Made by a program: the position numbers and the translations under genes. A stretch of 64,000 bases of DNA from Candidatus Latescibacterota bacterium (GTDB lineage Bacteria > Latescibacterota > UBA2968 > UBA8231): the NCBI GenBank assembly GCA_965223905.1, contig CBDCXV010000011.1:224001-288000 (forward strand), read 5' to 3'. Shown here piece by piece: positions 56,953 to 64,000 of this stretch. The notes under the pieces were generated by a model, which saw nothing but the letters and a program-made list of their open reading frames with translations, had not been told where the DNA came from and searched no databases. Within the stretch, counting starts at the first letter, position 1. Every line of letters begins with the position of its first letter.

Positions 56953-58061
56953 GTGCATAATTGCATTAATTATCGTTATAACGTATATTGGGGTTATGCC
57001 CCGAAAAGCTACCCCCATTTCGTTGACGGAAGAGGATCGGGCCACCCTGGAGCTCTGGGCGCGGTCGGCTACCAGCGAACAGCGGTTCGCTTTGCGTGCG
57101 CGCATCATCCTGGCGGCCGCCTCCGGTCAACCGACCGATGCGATCGCGCAGCGGCTGAGGATGCGCACGGCCACTGTGAGCAAGTGGCGAACGCGCTTTG
57201 CCCGCCACGGCCTGGGCGGCCTGCAGGATGCGCCGCGGCCCGGTCAGCCGAAACGGTATGATGAAGAAACCGAGCACCGCATCCTCGACCTGGTGTCGCA
57301 GCCGCCGCCGGCCGGGCACGCGACCTGGACCGCCGCCCTGGTGGCCGAGACGTTGGGAGAGGTGTCCGTCCATCATGTGTGGAGAGTGCTGGGTCAGCAT
57401 AAGATCTACCTGCAAAGGCGACGCTCGTATTGCGTAAGCACCGACCCGGAATTCGCCGCCAAAGCGGCCGACATCGTCGGCTTGTATCTCGACCCGCCGG
57501 AGAACGCGGTGGTGGTGTGTGTCGACGAGAAGCCGTCCATCCAGGCGCTGGAGCGCGCCCAGGGCTATTTGCGTCTGCCCCGGGGTGCGGCGCTGAGCGG
57601 CTTCAGCCATCGCTACCAACGCCACGGCACCACGACCCTGTTTGCCGCCCTCGAGGTGGCCACCGGCCACATCCAGGCCGGGCACGCCAAGAGACGCCGG
57701 CGCCGGGAGTTCCTCGACTTCATGAACGACGTGGTGGCCGCCTATCCGGCCGGCCAGACCCTCCACGTGATCCTGGACAACCTCAACACCCACAAGCCCA
57801 AGCGCGACCGCTGGTTGGCGCGCCATCCCAACGTTCACTTCCACTTTACGCCCACCAATGCGTGCTGGCTCAACCTCATCGAAATCTGGTTCAGCATCCT
57901 CAGCCGCCGCGCCTTGCACGGAGCCAGCTTTACCTCGCCCCGACAGCTGCGCAACGCCATCGCCGCCTACAATGCCAAGGCCCACCCCTGCGAGTGGAAG
58001 AAACAGAGGGTGTACCCGGGCAGGCTCCATGATACGTACGCTGAATTATGCAATTAGGCAC
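56953..58061 (+). mobile_element. IS630-family insertion sequence
   Basis: Imperfect terminal IRs CTAGTGCATAATTGCATTAATTATCGT (left) vs CTAGTGCCTAATTGCATAATTCAGCGT (right, reverse complement); inserted in CTAG with TA at 56951-52 and 58062-63. Confidence 0.92.
56996..58057 (+). CDS. IS630 transposase
   Basis: HTH (RARIIL..., DAPRPG.P), DDE motifs VDEK, LDNL, WLNLIE.WF; YQRHGTT.LFAAL. Confidence 0.95.
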   Translation: MPRKATPISLTEEDRATLELWARSATSEQRFALRARIILAAASGQPTDAIAQRLRMRTATVSKWRTRFARHGLGGLQDAPRPGQPKRYDEETEHRILDLVSQPPPAGHATWTAALVAETLGEVSVHHVWRVLGQHKIYLQRRRSYCVSTDPEFAAKAADIVGLYLDPPENAVVVCVDEKPSIQALERAQGYLRLPRGAALSGFSHRYQRHGTTTLFAALEVATGHIQAGHAKRRRRREFLDFMNDVVAAYPAGQTLHVILDNLNTHKPKRDRWLARHPNVHFHFTPTNACWLNLIEIWFSILSRRALHGASFTSPRQLRNAIAAYNAKAHPCEWKKQRVYPGRLHDTYAELCN

Positions 58062-58903
58062 TAGGTGAAAAAGGGATTGCTCGCCCTTTCTTCCCCCACG
58101 GTCGTCGCCGGTCCATGTCCCGGATAAAGGATCACCTGTTCGTCGAGCCCTAGGATGGCTTGGCGAACCGCCTGGCGCTGCTTCTCGTACGCTGCCCGAC
58201 TTTGCGTGCCCCCGAGTGATCCGGCAAACAGGGCATCCCCCACAAAGGCGAACTGGTCGTGCACGATGGTCATCCCTCCCGGCGTGTGTCCCCCAGTGGC
58301 GGTCACTCTGAACCGGAGATTCCCCACCACCAAAATCTGCCCTTCCACCAACTCACCTTCGATCTTGGTGCGCAGACTCCCGAGCATGGCGGAATCCGCA
58401 TGACTGATGAAGGCAGGTGCGCTTGTCGCCTGACACACCTCGGACAGCGCGCCAGTGTGATCTCCATGACCGTGGGTGAGAAGCACTGAGACGATGTCGA
58501 GACCCAGCGTCTCGACGGTCTTCAGTATTTTTTCCGCCTCGAATCCCGGATCGATGACCGTTCCCTGCCGGGTCTCGGCGCAGCCGACGACGTAGCCGTT
58601 CATCAGGAAATCACTGCCGAGAACCAACATTTCCACCACCGCCCCTTCGACGGGACGCCCTGCCGGGAAAAGCGGAAGATATCGTTTCCCCGCACTCCCC
58701 CGGAGTTTGTCGCGATGAAGGCCAAGGCTGTCGGCGAGGCGGTCGACCCCCTCGATGTCAGGCGTCAGGCGGTACGCCTCGATTTCGTTCAACTCTTCCA
58801 CACTCAGTCCGGACAGACCGGAAAGCTGCTCCGCAGACATCTCCTGTCCCCGACGCGCTTTACCGACCACGTCCCCGAACTCGTCCTCAAGCTGCATGTA
58901 CAT
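58061..58903 (-). CDS. HTH (XRE-like) + MBL-fold metallo-hydrolase fusion
   Basis: N-terminal LEDEFGDVVGKARRG... helix-turn-helix; THGHGDH, GHTPG, GDALF, PGHG. Confidence 0.88.
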   Translation of the reverse strand: MYMQLEDEFGDVVGKARRGQEMSAEQLSGLSGLSVEELNEIEAYRLTPDIEGVDRLADSLGLHRDKLRGSAGKRYLPLFPAGRPVEGAVVEMLVLGSDFLMNGYVVGCAETRQGTVIDPGFEAEKILKTVETLGLDIVSVLLTHGHGDHTGALSEVCQATSAPAFISHADSAMLGSLRTKIEGELVEGQILVVGNLRFRVTATGGHTPGGMTIVHDQFAFVGDALFAGSLGGTQSRAAYEKQRQAVRQAILGLDEQVILYPGHGPATTVGEERASNPFFT

Positions 58904-58940
58904 GCTGCATCCCTTTCCCTTGGTCCCCGTCGGTTCGAGG

Positions 58941-58971
<31 letters not shown>

Positions 58972-58981
58972 CGAGGCGCTT

Positions 58982-59602
58982 CTATTCCCCCAGATCGAGG
59001 GAAGTCACCAGTCGCTCGAAATCGCTGACCCAGAGACCGACGGAGGACTGTGAACCTGTCAGCTTCAAGTGGTAAACGGTACTTCCTGCCTGTACAATGG
59101 CGGCAAGCATGCGGAATTCGGGTATAGTTTTGCCTGCCATCGGACCCATACCCCCCATGAAGGTGCCGCTGATATCGACCATTGTCGCGGTGATTTCGCT
59201 GCCCCCGGAGACTTCCCAGCGATGTGACACCTTGGCGGTCGACGTCCCGTCCGGCTGTTCGAACTGGCCGTACCAGCGATTCACGTTGTCCTCGGTGCTG
59301 CCTCCTATTCCGGCGAAAACCGCCAATTCGGCGTCGCCGGCGGACGATCCTTCCGGTGCGGGAAGAACGTACTCTGCGATCCGCATGCTGCTGGAGGGAG
59401 GCCTCGGCCTCCACCCTTCCGGCACTTTGACGAGCAGGTTTCCCCAGCGTTCCCCGGAAGCAACGGCTGGACCGCCGGTGCTTCCGGGAAGCGGTGAAAG
59501 CCCCTTTTCACGCAACGCTTCATTCACCGGTTTTTCGCTGTAGTTCTGACTGCAGGCAAGCAGCGACAGGGGAATAATACACCTAATTAAGTAACTTCCC
59601 AT
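58982..59602 (-). CDS. Hypothetical lipoprotein
   Basis: Lipobox LLAC; VPEGW..., SSMRIAEY, GGSTEDNVNRWYGQF, KLTG. Confidence 0.75.
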   Translation of the reverse strand: MGSYLIRCIIPLSLLACSQNYSEKPVNEALREKGLSPLPGSTGGPAVASGERWGNLLVKVPEGWRPRPPSSSMRIAEYVLPAPEGSSAGDAELAVFAGIGGSTEDNVNRWYGQFEQPDGTSTAKVSHRWEVSGGSEITATMVDISGTFMGGMGPMAGKTIPEFRMLAAIVQAGSTVYHLKLTGSQSSVGLWVSDFERLVTSLDLGE

Positions 59603-59706
59603 ACTATCACTCCCGTAACAAATTACACTGACAAAACTACATGGTTTCGGGGCTGCGGTCGATAATCGGGAGGAGAACGCAGTTCCGGCGAAGTATCAGA
59701 CCGTTG

Positions 59707-60282
59707 TCAGCTTCGCTGCCGGTAGAGATCGGGATTCACAACGTCGGCCATCGCCTCGACATCGAGCCCTCCCCCGAGAAACTCACATACCCTCGACGCC
59801 TCACCGCGAGGGTCGGCATGCACCTCTCCGAATCGGAGGTAAAGAACCTGGAAATTCCCCGCATGTTCTCGCAGCCATTTGTCCATGGCTTTTAGGTGGT
59901 TCTCGAATGCGGCGCGCAAGCCTGCCTCGGCTTCTCGACTGGTGCTCTTTCCACCGCGGGCAAGCATTTGCCTCTGGGAGGACAGAAGCTCATCGAGGTC
60001 GCGGAGCATGAAGATCACGTGGTAGCGGCGGTCCCGCGGCAGGTCCTGCAGTAGCCAGGAGATCACCTTGACCGCCTTTCCGGCCGCTTGATCGAGGAAC
60101 CCCGGATTCTTGGACATCACCTTTACCGGTTCGAACTCGAAGTACCCCTCAGGATTGTCGCAGTCGGCACCGCGAATCCCGTCAGTGAGGGGCGGTACTC
60201 CGCCGGCGGCGAGCATTTTCATCATCATCGAGGTCCCTGATCTCGGGATTCCCGAAACCACGACAGGTTCGCTCCGAATCAC
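59707..60282 (-). CDS. Sulfotransferase-family protein
   Basis: PAPS-binding loop VSGIPRSGTSMMM, NPEGYFE, IFMLRD....SQ. Confidence 0.85.
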   Translation of the reverse strand: MIRSEPVVVSGIPRSGTSMMMKMLAAGGVPPLTDGIRGADCDNPEGYFEFEPVKVMSKNPGFLDQAAGKAVKVISWLLQDLPRDRRYHVIFMLRDLDELLSSQRQMLARGGKSTSREAEAGLRAAFENHLKAMDKWLREHAGNFQVLYLRFGEVHADPRGEASRVCEFLGGGLDVEAMADVVNPDLYRQRS

Positions 60283-60436
60283 CCCTCCCGCCTGTCTCGC
60301 TGTTAGACCTCGATCTTTGAGGATGGGTTCGCTCCCAAGGGCCTCATCCCCTTGATCCGCTTTTCAAAGTAGGGGAAGAAAACGTGCTCAGGCAGGGCCG
60401 TGGGCACACCGACGGACCCTGACGCGATGGATTCCT

Positions 60437-61066
60437 TCAGAAATTGAAGACGATGCCGGCACTGATCTCGTTGTACTGCGCTATGTAGTCCTCGGTCTCG
60501 AGGTCGGCTCCCGAAATTTCCTCAACCTGCCTAGCAGCCTCGGCGACCACGGCCCCTCTAACGGAAAACACCTGGTATTGACGGAGGTCGAACCGTATAT
60601 CAAACCGCTCCTGAACCTGGTATCGAATTCCACCGCCATAACTCAACGCAGTGTTCGTTTGCAGTTCGGACACGGCATTCAGCGCCCGCAGGAGGTCGGC
60701 GTCATCTATGTTCCCGGGGGGATCCGTGGCAGTCAGGGTCACTGCTCCCAAGCCGACCCCGGCAAACGGCTTCAGGTCGCCGGTCGGGAAATTGACCAGG
60801 AAGCGGCCTTCGTAGAATACCGCGGTCGTGGTCGTCTCCTCCACCCCGTGAATGTTCCGGGTTGGCCGCGAGATCAACAGTGAGGTTTCGCCTCCGAAGG
60901 TCGACCCTGATCTGCCCCAACGCAGGCCGAACCCGGGGGCGCTCTCCAGATTGACGTCCTCGTCGAACTCCACTGTACCCGCGAAGGCCGACAGGTCTGC
61001 CCCGGCCGGCACCGTCGCCAGGGTGGCTGCAAGGACAGCGGCGGCGGCAGTTCGGCGAGCTCGCAT
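60437..61066 (-). CDS. Outer-membrane beta-barrel (OmpA/OmpW-like) protein
   Basis: AAGGAG RBS, signal peptide, KPFAGVGLG, YGGGIRY, terminal Phe (IVFNF). Confidence 0.8.
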   Translation of the reverse strand: MRARRTAAAAVLAATLATVPAGADLSAFAGTVEFDEDVNLESAPGFGLRWGRSGSTFGGETSLLISRPTRNIHGVEETTTTAVFYEGRFLVNFPTGDLKPFAGVGLGAVTLTATDPPGNIDDADLLRALNAVSELQTNTALSYGGGIRYQVQERFDIRFDLRQYQVFSVRGAVVAEAARQVEEISGADLETEDYIAQYNEISAGIVFNF

Positions 61067-61170
61067 CGTGCAACTCCTTGTGGGAAACATAGTTGTCCAC
61101 AGTTGGAAACGGCTTCTGGCTCGAATGGTACCGAAGCCCACCTCGATACGCAAGCAGCGATGCCCTTCGC

Positions 61171-61896
61171 TCAGTCTATTAGAGGACGCTCCAGGAACAC
61201 CGTCACCCCGAGGTCGGCGTACATTGGCCTGCGGTCAGCGGTCCCGGTGCGAAAGCAGATCGCTGTTTCCGTTCCGGCGATTGATTTCGCGATCGCTCCG
61301 ACACATTCCTCGACCGATCTGTATGGAGGATGGGGATGTGCCTCGATGTCAAACCCCAGATCGGAAGGCCCAATCGACAGGCAGTCGACCCCAGGTCTGG
61401 CGAGCTTGTGGGCGTGCAACGTCGCCGAAAGTGACTCTATCTGCAGCCAAAGCACGCCGTTCTCGTTCCACCAGTCGGCGTAGGCCCTGGGGTCGGGTAA
61501 AACGCCGATCTTGCGCCGCGCTCCTCCTCCCAGGCTCCGTCTCCCCACCGGAGGGTAGTAAAAGTTCTCGACCGCTTCATTGGCGGTCTGCCCCGTTTCA
61601 GTCTGGGGCACTTCGATACCTCCGGCCCCGAGGTCCAGGTAGTTGCCGATCAGCTGGCAGTGCATCGCGTGTTTGATCCGGAAGCGCACAGGAAGGTCGA
61701 ACTCATCTGCCAGGGCACAGAATTGAACCAACTGCGAGTCATCGACCGCAGAATGCTGCCCGTCCGTGAACACGAACTCGTACGACTCCTGGTCCATGGC
61801 GCGCTCGAAGTACTCCTTGGTCGCCGAAATCGGAGCTCCCAAACCGATGACGGTTTGGCCGCTGCGAATTCGCTGCTTCAGTCCACTCGCTTTCAC
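61171..61896 (-). CDS. HpcH/HpaI aldolase family protein
   Basis: FTDGQHS, LDLGAGGIEVP, YYPPVGRRS, QIES, IGPSDL; start GTG 61896. Confidence 0.85.
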   Translation of the reverse strand: MKASGLKQRIRSGQTVIGLGAPISATKEYFERAMDQESYEFVFTDGQHSAVDDSQLVQFCALADEFDLPVRFRIKHAMHCQLIGNYLDLGAGGIEVPQTETGQTANEAVENFYYPPVGRRSLGGGARRKIGVLPDPRAYADWWNENGVLWLQIESLSATLHAHKLARPGVDCLSIGPSDLGFDIEAHPHPPYRSVEECVGAIAKSIAGTETAICFRTGTADRRPMYADLGVTVFLERPLID

Positions 61897-62073
61897 GATT
61901 TTTCCTTTCCGGTCCGAATGATTTGATCCGGGCGCGCGTCCGACCAGAGGTAAGGGTCCGCTATTGAATCGTCCGCATGCGCCGGAGGCGCCGGCCAAAT
62001 CAATTGCACCAGCCTCCGAACTCCAAGCCTCGGCCCCTTGCCCCCTGGGACTCCCTCTTCGGAGGTTGTGATC

Positions 62074-63588
62074 ATGCATCAGCGCATCTGTTCATCAGCT
62101 GCCGGGGCGCTCGGGTGGCTCCTCGCAGCGGCACCCGGGACTTCGCAGAATGCCGACACACTGGCTGCCCCCTCGGTCATTGGCTCGATTTCCGTTCAGG
62201 GAAACAGCCGCACTCGCACCGAGGTAATCAGGCGCGAGCTGTTATTCACCTGTGGGGAACCCCTGGACACCAACTTTGTGAGGGAGAGCGAGCGCAACCT
62301 TCGCCGGCTTCTTTTCCTCGGTAACGTGCGCGTGCGCATGCTGCCGGCCGCGTCGGCATCCGACAGCGTCGACATCTCAGTGGTAGTGAGAGACCTGTAC
62401 TCGCGGGCAATATCTCCTCTCTTCTCCGGGGAGGTGGGCGAGGTCAGCTACGGTCTCGTCGCCCTCGATTACAACTTTCTCGGGCGTGGCCAAGTGGTTC
62501 AGGCGACCGCCCGTCGGGATGCCGTTTCGGGAACCAGCGCCGGCATGCTCTACCGGGAGCCGCGGTTGCTGGGTTCCCGCTTCGGTTTGCGCACCCAGCT
62601 CGAACTCGCCGAAGAAGGGCACCTCGCCACCCTTTCCTTTTTGCAGCCTCACCATTCCCTGTCGTCCCGGTGGAGCTACGGCGCGGCATTGCGCAGCTCG
62701 GAAAGCCTGGTACGGCGGTACTCTACTGGAAGGCTGACGGCGCGCTATCGCAGCAGCCTGGGGGCGGCCAGCTTCTGGGCAGGTCATTCGGCCGGGGATC
62801 GGATCAAGGTCAGATCGAGTGTTCGGCTCGAGGTCTCCGACCGGGCCTTCGACCCGACGCGTCCCTTCTCCCATGCGCCGGAAGACCGGAGACGGGTTGT
62901 CGTCAGCACCGGCATCCTCATTTGGCAGCCCCGGTATGCCCGGGCACGCTTCCTGCAGTTCCTGGGACGGACGGAAGACCTCCAGATCGGAAGCTGGGGC
63001 GGTGCAAGCCTCTCCATCTCCCACAGAGCCCTGGGCTCGAACCGAACCTATCCCGCGATCGCCTTTCAGGGAGCTCCCCGTCTCAACCCGCGGCCCGGCG
63101 TGTACCTGTTATCCAGTTTTTTCGCAAGCACCCGCATTGAAGACGGGGCCTTGGCTCACTTCATCACGTCGTCCCGATTCCAAGCTTACGTGCGGATTCT
63201 AAAGGTTCACAGCGTCACCTTCCGCGGCAGTTACGCCGCGATTGCGCGGCCCGAAGACCCAACGCAGTACCTGCTGGGGCTGAACCGGGGCCTTCGAGGC
63301 TATCCCCCGAGGAGCTTCGACGGCCGCCGAAGGCTGCTCTTCAACCTGGAGGCCCGCCCGACGATCAAACGCACCGGCCTCTACGTACTGGCGGGTGCCG
63401 TTTTTTTCGATGCCGGGGATGTGTGGTACGGAGGGGAAGAAATCGACCTGAAACCGGCTTCCGGCCTTGGGGTGCGGTTGGGATTGCCGCGGATTTACGA
63501 CTCCCCGATCATGCGCGCCGACCTGGCTCGCGGACTGGCCAGGGGCGGTGTCTGGCAGCTTTCCTTCGGGATCGGTCAGTTCTTCTAG
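62074..63588 (+). CDS. Omp85/BamA-TamA-like outer membrane protein with one POTRA domain
   Basis: Signal; ISVQGNSRTRTEVIRREL POTRA; NFLGRGQ; LRGY motif; terminal GQFF; GGAGG RBS. Confidence 0.85.
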   Translation: MHQRICSSAAGALGWLLAAAPGTSQNADTLAAPSVIGSISVQGNSRTRTEVIRRELLFTCGEPLDTNFVRESERNLRRLLFLGNVRVRMLPAASASDSVDISVVVRDLYSRAISPLFSGEVGEVSYGLVALDYNFLGRGQVVQATARRDAVSGTSAGMLYREPRLLGSRFGLRTQLELAEEGHLATLSFLQPHHSLSSRWSYGAALRSSESLVRRYSTGRLTARYRSSLGAASFWAGHSAGDRIKVRSSVRLEVSDRAFDPTRPFSHAPEDRRRVVVSTGILIWQPRYARARFLQFLGRTEDLQIGSWGGASLSISHRALGSNRTYPAIAFQGAPRLNPRPGVYLLSSFFASTRIEDGALAHFITSSRFQAYVRILKVHSVTFRGSYAAIARPEDPTQYLLGLNRGLRGYPPRSFDGRRRLLFNLEARPTIKRTGLYVLAGAVFFDAGDVWYGGEEIDLKPASGLGVRLGLPRIYDSPIMRADLARGLARGGVWQLSFGIGQFF

Positions 63589-63624
63589 CGAAGTCAAGGC
63601 AGCGGTGCCTCCGCCGTGGAACCT

Positions 63625-64000
63625 TCAGCGAATCTCGCGCACCGACAGGCGAACTTTTTCCGGACTCACCCCCAGAATTTCCAGGGCTGTCGGATGGCGC
63701 ACATCGACACCAGAAATGGCGAAGGTCCGGCGTTTGAGTTTGACGAGCGAGGTATTGTCGATCACCAGTTGGAAATCCTCCGGACTGGCCAGTAGCAATT
63801 CCCGTCGCGGGCCTGCCACTTTCACCTCCACCACGTCCGGATCGACTCCATCGAGAACATACCCTTCCGGCATGCTTCCTACCACCACCGGAACCGGGAG
63901 GGTTACTTGATCTACTGTCGAGCCCGGCACCAGCACCGTCCAACTGGCCAAGGCCAGGGCAAAGGCGGCAACCGCCTCCAGCCCTCGGCGCCATAGCTGC
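63625..64000 (-). CDS. TM + YbbR/CdaR-like domain (3' part; 5' end outside window)
   Basis: Frame open to the window edge; TM AVAAFALALASWTVLV, then VPV....PEGYVL...P..VEVKVAGPR and ..GVSPEKVRL.V. Confidence 0.65.
   Translation of the reverse strand, partial: QLWRRGLEAVAAFALALASWTVLVPGSTVDQVTLPVPVVVGSMPEGYVLDGVDPDVVEVKVAGPRRELLLASPEDFQLVIDNTSLVKLKRRTFAISGVDVRHPTALEILGVSPEKVRLSVREIR

Noticed and set aside
56966-58030. 354-aa ORF antisense to the IS630 transposase
   Set aside because: Codon-register mirror of the transposase; no independent evidence.

Overview
High-GC, densely coding chromosomal segment from a diderm bacterium. The sigma-70 region-2 signature FKFISYAVWWIRQSI and the gene content suggest the FCB group, possibly Latescibacterota-like (inference). 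I read about 60 CDS: a TatT-containing TRAP (TPAT) transporter with a ManD-like dehydratase and a DASS permease; purB, pyrH-like, cysC and hisI-like; a 14 kb co-directional minus-strand block (giant PA/M28-like/FtsX membrane fusion, OPT-like transporter with inserted domains, J-domain, YbjN/CesT, PspA, Tat flavo-oxidoreductase, membrane-fused SpeE, DUF4178, RGG-tailed lipoprotein, DUF350); an M20/M42 peptidase, AKR, SDR, MFS, FtsH, an E2 acyltransferase, GT9-like, NUDIX, HDAC, a methyltransferase, a frameshifted ECF sigma/anti-sigma/Spy triad, nitrilase-xdhC-mocA, hemE, CBS-korA-korB-CBS, a UvrA paralog with both ATPase sites degenerate, a SigA-type sigma factor, an intact IS630 with IRs and TA duplication, a G29 tract, Omp85 and a YbbR-type C-terminus. 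No rRNA, tRNA or CRISPR array was seen. The best candidates for an undescribed system are the pseudo-peptidase/FtsX + OPT envelope module with the adjacent PspA-polyamine module, the ATPase-dead UvrA, and a putative sigma54-driven 40-aa CxxC peptide in frame with an MFS gene. All family calls come from motifs recognised by eye; no database searches were run.
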